This document shows, piece after piece, positions 18,975 to 31,967 of a DNA stretch of 64,000 nt (position 1 is its first letter; each line of letters starts with the position of its first letter). Below the pieces are notes generated by a model, which saw nothing but the letters and a program-made list of their open reading frames with translations, ran no database searches and was not told the DNA's origin. The stretch covers positions 326,634-390,633 of the forward strand of contig CAXXFV010000003.1 of assembly GCA_963674595.2 (NCBI GenBank). Direction: 5' to 3'. This DNA comes from a bacterium (GTDB taxonomy: Bacteria > Zhuqueibacterota > Zhuqueibacteria > Residuimicrobiales > Krinioviventaceae). Made by a program: the position numbers and the translations under genes.

Positions 18975-21038
18975 ATGATGAAACAGAATAAAAAAGAAAC
19001 GAAATATTTGAGAACGCCAAACTCAAAGAAACCGGACATGAAAAATAATCCCCGAAACAATGGCTCTTCAGGTCAACGACCGGATGGCCCGCAATGGAAA
19101 AAAGCATCCCGAACCTTAATTTTCTGGATCGGCCTTTTTACTGTTGCCTTGCTTATATCTCAACAATTTTCAAGTAACCGTCAAAGAGACGATGTTGTGA
19201 AATTCGACAAATTCATGGAACTTTTGGAAAATGGCGATGTGAAAAGTATTGCCGTCCAAAATCTGCTTTTAAAAGGAGAATATACGCCGAGTTCTCAGCA
19301 TGCAGGTCAGACCACATTCCGCGTGGTTTTACCAAACAGACTGGATTTTGAAACCCTTGAAAAATGGCGGACAAAATATAACCTGGAAATGAATTTTAAA
19401 GAAGACTCGCCGGGTTTATGGGATATTTTTGTGTCTATACTGCCCTGGTTGTTACTGGTTGGATTTTGGATATATTTATTACGCCGGATGCAAGGTGGCG
19501 GCGGTTCAAAAGGAATTTTTAATTTTGGCAAATCGCGTGCACGCATGTGGACGGAAAATATGCCCAAAGTAACATTTAATGATGTTGCCGGCGCAGTGGA
19601 AGCAAAGACAGAACTATATGAAATTATAGAATTTTTAAAAGAACCTGAAAAATTTCAACGTCTCGGCGGTAAAATACCAAAAGGCGCGTTGCTGTTAGGA
19701 CCTCCGGGAACAGGAAAAACCCTGTTGGCCAAAGCTGTTGCCGGTGAAGCTGGCGTACCCTTTTTCAGCATGTCGGGCGCCGATTTTGTGGAAATGTTTG
19801 TAGGTGTTGGTGCATCACGGGTCCGTGACCTGTTTGAGCAGGGCAAAAAAAATGCACCGTGTATTATTTTCATCGATGAATTGGATGCTGTCGGACGACA
19901 TCGCGGCGCCGGATTAGGCGGCGGGCATGACGAACGCGAGCAGACGCTAAATCAGCTTTTGGTTGAAATGGATGGTTTTGAATTTAATGAGGGTGTTATC
20001 CTTATTGCAGCAACCAACAGACCGGATGTACTGGATTCTGCATTGCTGCGCCCCGGACGATTTGACCGGCAGATTGTCGTCGATATTCCGGATGTACGCG
20101 GACGCGAAGGCATTCTCAAGGTCCATACCCGCAAAATACCTATGGCAAAATCCGTTAATCTGTCAATATTAGCCAAAGGGACTCCCGGATTTTCAGGTGC
20201 AGACCTGGCCAACCTGGTCAACGAAGCTGCTCTATTAGCGGCCAGAAAAAACAAACAGCGTGTTGAATTAAGCGATCTTGAAGAAGCTAAAGATAAAGTT
20301 ATGATGGGTACTGAACGAAAAAGTATGCTCATCAGCGAAGAAGAGAAAAAAACCACAGCTTACCACGAAGCCGGGCACGTATTGACAGGGAAATTAACAC
20401 CAGGCGCTGATCCGGTCCATAAAGTAACAATTATTCCGCGTGGACGCGCTTTGGGTGTGACAACGATCCTGCCTATCGATGAAAAACACACCTATTCCAA
20501 AAATTATTGTTTGGCCCATTTACGTCGCCTGTTAGGCGGCCGGGCTGCGGAAAAAATAGTTTTCCAAGACATTACAAACGGCGCTTATGATGATATTAAA
20601 CGCGCTACAGACCTGGCACGCAAAATGGTCTGTGAATGGGGTATGAGCGAAATTCTTGGACCTATGACCTTTGGAGAAAAACAGGAAGAAATCTTTTTAG
20701 GAAGAGAAATTGCTCAACATCGTGATTATAGTGAAAAAACGGCCCAACTCATTGACAAAGAAATCAAAAAAATCGTTGAAGATGCTGCTTCATCTGCTGA
20801 ACAGCTCTTAAGCGAAAACATTGACTTGCTCCACGCAGTTTCAGAAGCACTCCTTGAGCGAGAAATTCTGGATGGAGAGGAAATCGAAAAAATTATAAAA
20901 GGTGAAAAACTACCTCCGTTTAACGGACATAAAAAATCACCAAAACGTAAAAGTCGCAGATATACAAAGAAAAAACCAACTAAAAAAGATGAAAAACAGG
21001 GAAATTCAAAAGAAAACAGGAACCCAAAAACTGAATAA
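18975..21038 (+). CDS. ftsH: ATP-dependent zinc metalloprotease FtsH
   Basis: Two TM helices, [19 protein letters not shown] ([10 protein letters not shown]) and HEAGH. Alternative start at 19038. Confidence 0.97.
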   Translation: MMKQNKKETKYLRTPNSKKPDMKNNPRNNGSSGQRPDGPQWKKASRTLIFWIGLFTVALLISQQFSSNRQRDDVVKFDKFMELLENGDVKSIAVQNLLLKGEYTPSSQHAGQTTFRVVLPNRLDFETLEKWRTKYNLEMNFKEDSPGLWDIFVSILPWLLLVGFWIYLLRRMQGGGGSKGIFNFGKSRARMWTENMPKVTFNDVAGAVEAKTELYEIIEFLKEPEKFQRLGGKIPKGALLLGPPGTGKTLLAKAVAGEAGVPFFSMSGADFVEMFVGVGASRVRDLFEQGKKNAPCIIFIDELDAVGRHRGAGLGGGHDEREQTLNQLLVEMDGFEFNEGVILIAATNRPDVLDSALLRPGRFDRQIVVDIPDVRGREGILKVHTRKIPMAKSVNLSILAKGTPGFSGADLANLVNEAALLAARKNKQRVELSDLEEAKDKVMMGTERKSMLISEEEKKTTAYHEAGHVLTGKLTPGADPVHKVTIIPRGRALGVTTILPIDEKHTYSKNYCLAHLRRLLGGRAAEKIVFQDITNGAYDDIKRATDLARKMVCEWGMSEILGPMTFGEKQEEIFLGREIAQHRDYSEKTAQLIDKEIKKIVEDAASSAEQLLSENIDLLHAVSEALLEREILDGEEIEKIIKGEKLPPFNGHKKSPKRKSRRYTKKKPTKKDEKQGNSKENRNPKTE

Positions 21039-21056
21039 ATATGGAGTTTAATTAAT

Positions 21057-22604
21057 GTGATCTCATCAGGAATATCGTTAACCATAACTTTAATAGTTGC
21101 CTTTTTTCTTTTTCTGGTTTTTCTTTTTACATATTTAAAACTGACATCAGAATTTTTTCAAAGAGCAAGATTCAAGCGAGTATTACTCGCCTTGCTTGCT
21201 CTTTTTTTATTCTCCTTATTGATCGTGTATCTTTTTATTCCCCCAAAACTGATTAAAGCCAGAATTGTCATCTTTCCCTTTAACGAACAAGACGCTGCAA
21301 CCGAACTTTCACTAGAGGGTTTGGCACTTGCCGATTATATTGCCACAAATATTAAGGTAAATTTTACACTGGATACACTCGTTTATCCGGTTGAATGGCT
21401 TTTGGAGGCAATTGACAAAGATTCCCTTTCCTCGTCAAACTATTTATCTTCTTTTGCCAAAAAGATAAATGCGGATATTATGATTTATGGAACGCTGGAG
21501 CGGGCTGTAAATAATGAGCAGGTTTTGAACTGTAATATTTATAATTTTAAAAATAAAGAAAGACAACAAAACTCGACAACCGTCTTATCCAAATCTTTAA
21601 AATATAACGACGAGATGCTCGTTAATATCCTGAATTCATTTGGCAAAACAACAAATTTAAAAAAATCAAATATAGAAATTTCACCGAAAAATCAAATTCT
21701 TTATGCAAAAGCAATCGATACATTTTATAAAAAAGATTATAAAAACACGATTGACATTGCAGAAAATATCATAGAACAGGATTCTTCAAACGTACGGTGG
21801 CGCAATCTCCTGGCACGGGCGCAAATGGAATACGGCATACAGCTTGATAATGACGGCAAACCCGGAGGCATCAACCAAATTGCAGCACTTAAAATATGCG
21901 AACAAACACTGATAAAATATGATTCGTTAAATGCAGCCGCCCATGGTATTATTGGGAAATTTTATATTCTGGAAAAAATGTGGGGGAAAGCAGAAGAACA
22001 TCTTGTAAAATCTCTGAGTTATAATCCATTTAATGCCCAGGTATTTGTTGATTTTGCTTCGCTACACCCTTCCCGAATCAAAAAACTTGGTTATCGCAAT
22101 GAAGAAGAACTTTTAAGAAAAGCTATTTTTATTAATCCCTGTTCTGAAAAGGCCCGAATAATTTTAACGGATTATCTGTTTTTCAACAAATATCCCTCAA
22201 TGGCAGACGATGAAATTGCCAACCTACTGGAAATAAATCCACGTTCCATAGAAGGACTTTTATATTTGGGAAAAATGTCAGTTGCGGCCCGGGACAGCCA
22301 AAGAACCCTGGATACATTTAACAGACTTTTATCTATTGATCCAAACAACACAATAGCCTATTATAATTTGGGTGTTTTTTATTTCAACAACGGCAATATG
22401 GAAGAGGCAAAAGAAAATTTTCTGAATGCGGTGCAAAAAGGAAATGATATTGATTCCCACCTGTATCTTGGCTATATCTATGAAAGCCGGGGCGAAAAAG
22501 ACAAAGCAATTGAGGAATATCGAATCCGGATACGACATAAAAAAGGATTTGATGATGAATATGCCAAGGAAGCAATGGACCGACTATACAAGCTTACACA
22601 TTAA
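21057..22604 (+). CDS. Membrane-anchored tetratricopeptide repeat protein
   Basis: Two N-terminal TM helices, a TolB_N/CsgG-like segment (IVIFPF...ADIMIYGTL), then TPR-like repeats (AYYNLGVFYF, SHLYLGYIYE). Confidence 0.8.
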   Translation: MISSGISLTITLIVAFFLFLVFLFTYLKLTSEFFQRARFKRVLLALLALFLFSLLIVYLFIPPKLIKARIVIFPFNEQDAATELSLEGLALADYIATNIKVNFTLDTLVYPVEWLLEAIDKDSLSSSNYLSSFAKKINADIMIYGTLERAVNNEQVLNCNIYNFKNKERQQNSTTVLSKSLKYNDEMLVNILNSFGKTTNLKKSNIEISPKNQILYAKAIDTFYKKDYKNTIDIAENIIEQDSSNVRWRNLLARAQMEYGIQLDNDGKPGGINQIAALKICEQTLIKYDSLNAAAHGIIGKFYILEKMWGKAEEHLVKSLSYNPFNAQVFVDFASLHPSRIKKLGYRNEEELLRKAIFINPCSEKARIILTDYLFFNKYPSMADDEIANLLEINPRSIEGLLYLGKMSVAARDSQRTLDTFNRLLSIDPNNTIAYYNLGVFYFNNGNMEEAKENFLNAVQKGNDIDSHLYLGYIYESRGEKDKAIEEYRIRIRHKKGFDDEYAKEAMDRLYKLTH

Positions 22605-22618
22605 CAATATAAAAAAAT

Positions 22619-23461
22619 ATGAATTTCAATTGGCAGTGTAAAGACAGGCAATTAGAACTGGGGCAACGGACTTTGATCATGGGGATCCTGAACGTAACAC
22701 CGGATTCCTTTTCTGATGGCGGGAAATTTAACAACTCTAATGCAGCATTTGATTATGCCATGAATATGATTAAAGAGGGCGCCGATATTATTGATGTCGG
22801 CGGCGAATCCACACGTCCTGGTTCAGACTCTGTTTCTGAGGACGAGGAATTAAACCGTGTTATTCCGGTCATTAATAAGATTGCACAACATAGCAGCATC
22901 CCCATATCTATAGACACATGTAAAAGCAGTGTCGCACAACAGGCATTGGAATCAGGCGCAGTTATTGTCAATGACATCAGCGGACTTGCATTTGATGAAA
23001 AAATGGCGCATATTGTCAGCCGCACCAAAGCAGGCGTTATTATAATGCATATCAAAGGCACCCCTAAAACAATGCAGAATGATCCGCATTATAATAATGT
23101 AGTAAGAGAAATTCAAAATGTTTTGGAAAATCGAATCACTTTTGCGTTAAATAATGGCATTGATAAAACGCAAATAGTGTTGGACCCCGGCATCGGATTT
23201 GGAAAAACTGTTGAAGATAATTTTGTTATTTTACGTGAGCTCAAAAAATTACAAACTCTCTCCTGCCCCATACTTATCGGACCTTCCCGAAAATCATTTA
23301 TCGGCAATACGCTGAATTTGCCTGTAAATGAAAGAATAGAAGGTACTGCCGCTGCCGTAACAGCGGGCATATTAAATGGTGCACATATTATACGAGTGCA
23401 TGACGTAAAAGAAATGAAAAGAGTTGCTGTTATAACTGACGCAATTGCAGGAAAAAATTAA
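22619..23461 (+). CDS. folP: Dihydropteroate synthase
   Basis: MGILNVTPDSFSDGG, GGESTRPG, DPGIGFGK, SRKSFIG and RVHDV motifs. Confidence 0.97.
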   Translation: MNFNWQCKDRQLELGQRTLIMGILNVTPDSFSDGGKFNNSNAAFDYAMNMIKEGADIIDVGGESTRPGSDSVSEDEELNRVIPVINKIAQHSSIPISIDTCKSSVAQQALESGAVIVNDISGLAFDEKMAHIVSRTKAGVIIMHIKGTPKTMQNDPHYNNVVREIQNVLENRITFALNNGIDKTQIVLDPGIGFGKTVEDNFVILRELKKLQTLSCPILIGPSRKSFIGNTLNLPVNERIEGTAAAVTAGILNGAHIIRVHDVKEMKRVAVITDAIAGKN

Positions 23462-23467
23462 ACCTCT

Positions 23468-24253
23468 ATGAACTTTACTATATTTAAAATCGGTTTTTTA
23501 CCCGTCACGATCATCGATGTGCTTGATATAGCGGTCATGTCCTATCTTATTTACCGTGTATATAAATTCCTGCGTGGAACACGCGGCGCACAAATGATGG
23601 TTGGGCTTATTATTATTTTACTTTTTTCATCAATTGCCCCGGTTTTTCAGATGAAAGGCATGTCCTGGATTTTTGAAAACCTGAGAACGGTTTTTCTTAT
23701 TGCATTTGTTATCTTGTTCCAACCCGAATTACGACGAATTTTAATATACATCGGACAAAGCCGATTTATTCGATTTTTCGTAAAAATGTCTGAAAGTAAG
23801 GTTATTACCGAAGTTGTCAAAGCCACACTTGAACTGCGCGACCGTGGTTATGGTGCACTTATTGTTATGGCCAGGGAAACCGGATTAAAAAATGTGGCAG
23901 AAACCGGTGTAAAAATACAGGCGGAAATATCCAATCCGTTAATTTTGTCAATCTTTAATCCACGTTCTCCCTTGCACGATGGCGCCGTTATTGTTCAAAA
24001 CGATCTTATCGAAGCGGCCAAGTGCATCCTCCCTATTTCAGAAGATATTGATGCTGAACATGATTTTGGCACCCGTCACAAGGCGGCTTTGACATTGTCA
24101 GCAGAAACAGATGCGATGATAATTGTTGTTTCTGAAGAAAGAGGAACAATTTCTCTTGCCATTAACGGGGAACTCTTGTTTGATCTGGCTGAAAATGAAT
24201 TAAAAAAGATAATCACCGAAGGTTACAGATACGGTGACACATCTCTAAAATGA
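23468..24253 (+). CDS. cdaA: Diadenylate cyclase CdaA (DacA)
   Basis: Three N-terminal TM helices, FQPELRR, PLHDGA, GTRHKAA and VVSEERGTIS. Confidence 0.92.
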   Translation: MNFTIFKIGFLPVTIIDVLDIAVMSYLIYRVYKFLRGTRGAQMMVGLIIILLFSSIAPVFQMKGMSWIFENLRTVFLIAFVILFQPELRRILIYIGQSRFIRFFVKMSESKVITEVVKATLELRDRGYGALIVMARETGLKNVAETGVKIQAEISNPLILSIFNPRSPLHDGAVIVQNDLIEAAKCILPISEDIDAEHDFGTRHKAALTLSAETDAMIIVVSEERGTISLAINGELLFDLAENELKKIITEGYRYGDTSLK

Positions 24254-25410
24254 GCTTTCATAGATTAAAACATTTTGTTTTCGCTCTCATATCCGGGTTA
24301 TTTTTCTTTTCAACGGGTTATGCCTCCATTCCCCCGTCCGGTATCATGGCTGTTATAGACCCCGGCATAACATCAGACAACAGGCCTTTATTGTGGTTGA
24401 ATTTCCAGCAGGAAAATTCAGAACCGTTTGTAAAATTTATCAAAGGTAAGCAATATGATTACCTCACGGTGCTTACAGCACCGGATACAACATTTATATT
24501 CGGAATAAATACGGCAGGATTTGCCTGTTGTATGACCTTTTCCCCTGATTTGCCGGGAAATAGTTCGGGGATGGAACGCCAGTTATTGTCTTTTGCTTTG
24601 AGCAACCTGAATCGCATTGATGATTTGGAAAAATATCTCAGATATACAAATAAATCCGGACGCGCAGTAAAAGCTAATTTTGCCTGTTTGGATGCATCCG
24701 GGAAATGTGCCGTTTTTGAAATCAGCAACAACTCTTTAGTACTATTTGAACCAACCCAATATCAGGATACATTACCGGCGCTTGTCAGGTCGAATTTTGC
24801 TATTTCAGCGACAGACCCAAATGATTGCAGCGTATGGCAATATCACCGTACATTAAAATTACTAAAACACGCGGCAGCGCAAAATATTCTCGACTATAAA
24901 TTTATGCTGCAAACCGTTTCTCGCGATATTTTACCGGAAAACAACGATACAACACGTTGGAACAAGGACACCGATAAAAAGTACAATACAACAGCAGCCA
25001 TCAATCAACACACAACACAAGCAGCAATTGTTGTACAGGGCGTTCATAAGAACGAATCACCGACATTAACAACGTTGTGGCTGATTTTGGGCGAACCCAT
25101 TACAGGCGTTGCCATTCCCTTATGGGCGAGTGCGGGAAATCCAACAGACAAAATTAACGATTTTATCAAATACGCAAACAAAACTAAACGAGAATTTCGC
25201 CCTTTTAAAAACGAACCCTTTTTGCTGGATATTGATAAATTTTTAAAAGATGAAAATGGTAAAAGGTCCAAACTTGTCAACTATGAGAATGAAAATTTTC
25301 TCAAAACACGGCAGATGCTGGAACAATGGAACGGAGAGAAACCGGATTTTAACAGCCTTTTAAAATTCGAAAACAAACTAATAAAAAATACTTTAAGAAA
25401 ACTTCGCTGA
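24250..25410 (+). CDS. Exported Ntn-hydrolase (C45/AAT-like) family protein, nucleophile apparently missing
   Basis: Signal peptide, T.DNRPLLW, GINTAGF, ANFACLDASG..AVFE, VRSNF and TLWLILGEP...VAIPLW, resembling C45-like proteins of FCB bacteria. Confidence 0.65.
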   Translation: MSFHRLKHFVFALISGLFFFSTGYASIPPSGIMAVIDPGITSDNRPLLWLNFQQENSEPFVKFIKGKQYDYLTVLTAPDTTFIFGINTAGFACCMTFSPDLPGNSSGMERQLLSFALSNLNRIDDLEKYLRYTNKSGRAVKANFACLDASGKCAVFEISNNSLVLFEPTQYQDTLPALVRSNFAISATDPNDCSVWQYHRTLKLLKHAAAQNILDYKFMLQTVSRDILPENNDTTRWNKDTDKKYNTTAAINQHTTQAAIVVQGVHKNESPTLTTLWLILGEPITGVAIPLWASAGNPTDKINDFIKYANKTKREFRPFKNEPFLLDIDKFLKDENGKRSKLVNYENENFLKTRQMLEQWNGEKPDFNSLLKFENKLIKNTLRKLR

Positions 25411-25456
25411 GACAAATCTTGATAGATTTTTTCAAAATAAAAGAGTATATTTATAT

Positions 25457-27638
<2,182 letters not shown>

Positions 27639-27680
27639 AAAAAAAGCCTGTTGTATCACATTGATCAACAGGCTTTTTTT
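27639..27680. terminator. Bidirectional Rho-independent terminator
   Basis: AAAAAAAGCCTGTTG...CAACAGGCTTTTTTT. Confidence 0.85.
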
Positions 27681-27821
27681 ATGTCCGAACCGAAACATTC
27701 TTCGATTTCCACCTTCCCCCTAAATCATAAAAAAACAACAATAACGTTTTTAAATTTGATGGTATAATGATTGCTTTTCCAAATAAGAAAAAACATCATC
27801 AAATAAAACGGAACCGATTCT

Positions 27822-28076
27822 ATGAAAATAATGCTTTTTTTTACCACTTTGCTATTCAGCGCCTTGACAATTTCTTTTAAACCGCCGGTCTGTGAAAAAG
27901 AAATTTTTCTTCCGGATATAAAAATAGCCGGTCCGGAACAACATATAAATTTTGAAACATCGATGGAAACAGAATCAGATATAAAAACACAATCTGATTC
28001 GCTTCTATTCGTCCATTCTGTCGATAATTGTAAAATTTTTAGTATTAATAATGCTCTTACCTTCTGCGGTATATAG
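27822..28076 (+). CDS. Possible small exported protein
   Basis: Signal-peptide-like N-terminus and an extended -10 (TGGTATAAT) about 60 nt upstream. Against it, the 3' end overlaps the convergent acyl-CoA synthetase by 72 nt. Confidence 0.3.
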   Translation: MKIMLFFTTLLFSALTISFKPPVCEKEIFLPDIKIAGPEQHINFETSMETESDIKTQSDSLLFVHSVDNCKIFSINNALTFCGI

Positions 28077-29918
28077 ATAGTCAATTCTCGCTTTATAGTG
28101 TTCCGCAATTCGACTACGGACCATTTTAAGGGTGCTGTTTAAGAACCGGTTTTTTTCCGTAAATCCTTCACCCAACACAGCAACAGCAGCAGGCAGCCAT
28201 TTCGTGGGGAACATACCTTCATATATTCCATTTTCACGATATTTATTTATTTCAGCCTCAAAAAGAGAGAGCACGGCTTTTTGTCCCTCTTCCGAGTGAC
28301 ACGAATAACCGTTGTCTTTACACCATTTTAAAAGCAATTCTCTGTTGGGGACAATCAAAGCAACCGTATAAGCGGACTGATTGTTGTAAAGCATCATCTG
28401 GTCAATAAAGTCACAATTGGCAACAATCGCTTCTTCAATACCCTCGGGGCTGAATTTTTCACCATCGTTGCTGATTAAAAGACTTTTTTCACGACCCAGC
28501 ACATACAAAAACCGGTCACTATCCAGGTAACCAATATCGCCAGTGAAAAGCCAATCCTCACGAACAGTTTCGGCAGTGGCTTTTTCATTTCGCCAATAAC
28601 CAGCCATGACATTTTCGCCCTTGACAACGATCTCACCCTTTTCACCCGTTGCCAGCTCATTTCCATTTTCATCACAAATTTTAATATCCAAATTCGGCAT
28701 AATAGCCCCGGATGAGCCTAATTTATGACGTTCAGGAACATTGGCGGAAATAATAGGTGCTGCTTCTGTTAAGCCATATCCCTGCAACATAGGTAACCCG
28801 ATAGCGTAAAAAAACCGCTGTAATTCAATGTCCAGCAATGCACCGCCGCCGATAAAAAATTTCAAACGGCCGCCGAATCCCTCGCGGACTTTGGTGAACA
28901 AAATTTTATCATACAGTTTATAAAGAGGAAGATAAAAAATCCGCCACCCCTTACCCCGGTTCCAACCGATGCCGTTGTATTTATAGGCTACTTTTAATGC
29001 TTTATTAAAAAGTTTTTCAACTTTTGGGCCTTTCAGGCGAATACCTTTTTCTATATTTTTTCTAAAATTTTGTGCTAATGCCGGCACACTGAGTAAAAAT
29101 GTCGGACGTATTTCTTTAATATTAACTGGAATATTTTTCAAGGTTTCCAGGGGAGTTTTTCCGGTTTGAACAGAGGCCATACTCGCACCGTTTTGCATCA
29201 ATGTATAAATTCCGGCGGTATGTGCAAACGAATGGTCCCATGGTAAAATCAATAAAGAGCAATATTCCGGCGGAACATTTAAAATAGCTGATGCCTGTTC
29301 GACATTTGCCGTATAATTACGGTGCGTTAACACAATCCCCTTGGGGTCCGCCGTTGTACCGGATGTATAACAAATATTTGCGGGATCATCCTCTTCAACA
29401 CTTTTCCATCTGGCTTCAAAAGAGTCAGAATTCTCCTGGAGATAATTCTTGCCTTTTTCCAGCAGATTTTGTAAAGTAATAAATTCATGATCAAGATTTT
29501 CGACAGGATCCAGGACAATAACTTTTTGCAGGTCCGGTAAATCCTTGACAATTTCAGATACTTTATCAAGTTGTGAACCAGAAACAACAGCGAATTTACA
29601 GCCGGAATGAGAAAGACGAAACTTGAGTTCCGGCAGTTCATCAATTTTAATGGACAAAGGTACATTAATCGCACCGGAATACAAAATACCTAACTCAGCA
29701 ACGACCCACATATTACGTCCTTCGGAAATGAGGGCCGCCCTGTCACCTCTTTCAATACCCAGATATATTAATCCGGCGGCAAATTGGTGAACAAGTGGTC
29801 GTAATTCAGCATAAGTGGTTCCAACAAAAGAGTCATCTTGTTTTTCCCACATTAAAACATTGTCACGAAATTTATCGACACTTTTTTCAAATAGTTGCAC
29901 TAATGTTCTTTGATCCAC
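28005..29918 (-). CDS. Long-chain fatty acid-CoA ligase (AMP-dependent synthetase, FadD/FAA1-like)
   Basis: YTSGTTADPKG, QGYGLTE, TGDIG and GREK motifs. GTG start at 29918 follows AGGAGG. Confidence 0.92.
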   Translation of the reverse strand: MDQRTLVQLFEKSVDKFRDNVLMWEKQDDSFVGTTYAELRPLVHQFAAGLIYLGIERGDRAALISEGRNMWVVAELGILYSGAINVPLSIKIDELPELKFRLSHSGCKFAVVSGSQLDKVSEIVKDLPDLQKVIVLDPVENLDHEFITLQNLLEKGKNYLQENSDSFEARWKSVEEDDPANICYTSGTTADPKGIVLTHRNYTANVEQASAILNVPPEYCSLLILPWDHSFAHTAGIYTLMQNGASMASVQTGKTPLETLKNIPVNIKEIRPTFLLSVPALAQNFRKNIEKGIRLKGPKVEKLFNKALKVAYKYNGIGWNRGKGWRIFYLPLYKLYDKILFTKVREGFGGRLKFFIGGGALLDIELQRFFYAIGLPMLQGYGLTEAAPIISANVPERHKLGSSGAIMPNLDIKICDENGNELATGEKGEIVVKGENVMAGYWRNEKATAETVREDWLFTGDIGYLDSDRFLYVLGREKSLLISNDGEKFSPEGIEEAIVANCDFIDQMMLYNNQSAYTVALIVPNRELLLKWCKDNGYSCHSEEGQKAVLSLFEAEINKYRENGIYEGMFPTKWLPAAVAVLGEGFTEKNRFLNSTLKMVRSRIAEHYKARIDYLYTAEGKSIINTKNFTIIDRMDE

Positions 29919-29964
29919 ATTACCCTCCTGATAATTGAAAAATTCAGTTCTATTCATATCAGGA

Positions 29965-29993
29965 ATCATATTAAGAATTGATATAAATGTCAA
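29965..29993 (-). promoter_or_regulatory. Sigma70-type promoter for the acyl-CoA ligase
   Basis: Minus strand TTGACA-N17-TATGAT. Confidence 0.65.
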
Positions 29994-30030
29994 GTTTTTT
30001 AATAAAAATTTAATCTTTGGAGTTGAAAAA

Positions 30031-31866
30031 TTGGGAGTTATCCCTCCTGAAAAAATAGACGATGTTCGTGCGGCAAGTGATATTGTTGATGTTATATCCG
30101 GCTATATGACCCTGCAGTCAAAAGGAAGAAACTATTTTGGGCTTTGCCCTTTTCACCAGGAGAAGACACCTTCCTTTAGTGTTAACCCGGAAATGCAAAT
30201 TTTTCACTGTTTCGGATGCGGCGTCGGCGGCAATGTGTTTACTTTTATCATGAAAATGGAAGGTATCACATTTCCGGACGCTGTTAAAATGCTGGCCCAA
30301 ACGGCCGGTATATTATTACCCGAAGATAGTGAAGATTTTTCCGAATACCGGGACAAAGAAGCCTTATTCTATGCCAACAAAATGGCAAATGATTTCTTTT
30401 ATAAAACCCTTTTAGAAAACAGTGAAGCTGTTGAAGCACAAAAATATCTGGAAAATCGGGGTATTTCTAAGGATTATATTAAAGAATTCAACATCGGTTG
30501 GGCGCCAAACAGTTGGGACGGCCTTATAAAACTGGCAAATAAACAATCTGTTCCACTATCCATACTTGCCAAAGCCGGCCTGGTGATTGAAAAAGAACAA
30601 GGTGGTTTTTATGACCGTTTTCGGGGAAGGATAACCTTTGCCATCCAAAACCTGACCGGACAAATTGTCGGATTCGGCGCCAGACGTATTACAGAAGACG
30701 ATTCACCCAAATATATAAATACCCCGGAAACCGATATTTATCAAAAAAGGTTCATTCTATACGGTCTGCACCAGGGCCGGGATGAAATCAGGCGAAATGA
30801 TCGTGTGATTATTGTTGAAGGTTATACGGATGTAACAAGTTTACATAAATACGGCATCCCAAATACGGTAGCCACATCAGGAACAGCTCTGACGGAGCAT
30901 CAGGCAAAAATTCTTAGACGATATACACCAAACGCAATCATTCTCTATGACAGCGATTCAGCAGGCGCAAAGGCTGCCATACGCGGGGCTGATATTCTTT
31001 TGGAAAACGGTATGGAAGTAAAAATATGCACCCTTCCCAAAGGAATGGACCCGGATGAATTTGCACGAACCGAAGGAACCGAGGCAGTTAAGGAAACGCT
31101 GGAAAAATCCACACCACTGATCGATTTTAAATTAAATAATCTGCGTGAGCAGGGACTGCTTGGTACAGCTTCACAACAGGCAGATGCGATGCGGGATATT
31201 TTAACATCGGTGGTAAAAATAAACGACCACATTCAACGGTCTTTTCTTATCCGGGATTTGGCGGAAAAATTCCATGTGGAAGAAAGCGTTCTGTGGACTG
31301 AAATAAAAAGCCTGGATCGAAAAAATAAAGTCAAATTGTCACAGAAATCGGAACAAAAAAAACAGACCCAAAATACTTTTTTTGACACCAAACGCGGTGC
31401 CGCAGAACTCGGGTTGTTGCAAACTGCTTTTCTGAATCCGGAAATTATTCCATTAATTCTAACAAACATCAGCAAGCTCGAATTTAAAAACACAGAGATT
31501 CATTCTGTTTTTGTTCAAATTGCCAACGATCTAAATTCAAATCTTTCTTTTGTTCCACAAAAGTATCTGGGTACAATCCAGGACCCGGCTATTCTTTCGT
31601 CGCTCTCACACATTTTGTCGAAAAACGTAGAAAGAGGACAAACCTGGCAATATGCCAAAGACTGTATTATTTCCATTAAAATTTCTATATGTGACGAAGA
31701 AATTAACCGTGTGAGAAAAGAAATGCAGCAATCATCCGATAAAATAGCAGAACTCGTGCTGGAATATAAAAACCTACAGGAAGCAAAAAAATTTATCCTT
31801 AGCGGACAAACGATCCAGGAAGACCTGCATCTATCTGAAACACAGGAATCAGATACTTCAGCATAA
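30031..31866 (+). CDS. dnaG: DNA primase
   Basis: Zinc finger CPFHQEKTPSF...HCFGCG, DRFRGR, KYINTPET, VEGYTD and YDSDSAG. TTG start at 30031 after GGAG. Confidence 0.97.
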   Translation: MGVIPPEKIDDVRAASDIVDVISGYMTLQSKGRNYFGLCPFHQEKTPSFSVNPEMQIFHCFGCGVGGNVFTFIMKMEGITFPDAVKMLAQTAGILLPEDSEDFSEYRDKEALFYANKMANDFFYKTLLENSEAVEAQKYLENRGISKDYIKEFNIGWAPNSWDGLIKLANKQSVPLSILAKAGLVIEKEQGGFYDRFRGRITFAIQNLTGQIVGFGARRITEDDSPKYINTPETDIYQKRFILYGLHQGRDEIRRNDRVIIVEGYTDVTSLHKYGIPNTVATSGTALTEHQAKILRRYTPNAIILYDSDSAGAKAAIRGADILLENGMEVKICTLPKGMDPDEFARTEGTEAVKETLEKSTPLIDFKLNNLREQGLLGTASQQADAMRDILTSVVKINDHIQRSFLIRDLAEKFHVEESVLWTEIKSLDRKNKVKLSQKSEQKKQTQNTFFDTKRGAAELGLLQTAFLNPEIIPLILTNISKLEFKNTEIHSVFVQIANDLNSNLSFVPQKYLGTIQDPAILSSLSHILSKNVERGQTWQYAKDCIISIKISICDEEINRVRKEMQQSSDKIAELVLEYKNLQEAKKFILSGQTIQEDLHLSETQESDTSA

Positions 31867-31900
31867 TACGTATTCACAATATGACAAATCATCTGAATTA

Positions 31901-31929
31901 TTGACAGAACAAGAATAAATCAATACATT
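31901..31929 (+). promoter_or_regulatory. Sigma70-type promoter
   Basis: TTGACA-N17-TACATT about 40 nt upstream of 31968. Confidence 0.55.
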
Positions 31930-31967
31930 ACTGTTAATCAAAACGAATATGGGAATAAATTCAAACA

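Noticed and set aside
19307-21085. Several antisense ORFs within ftsH, and similar ones inside pfkA, trpB, dnaG and the cyclase
   Set aside because: These are shadow ORFs opposite well-conserved genes, with no RBS or recognisable motifs.
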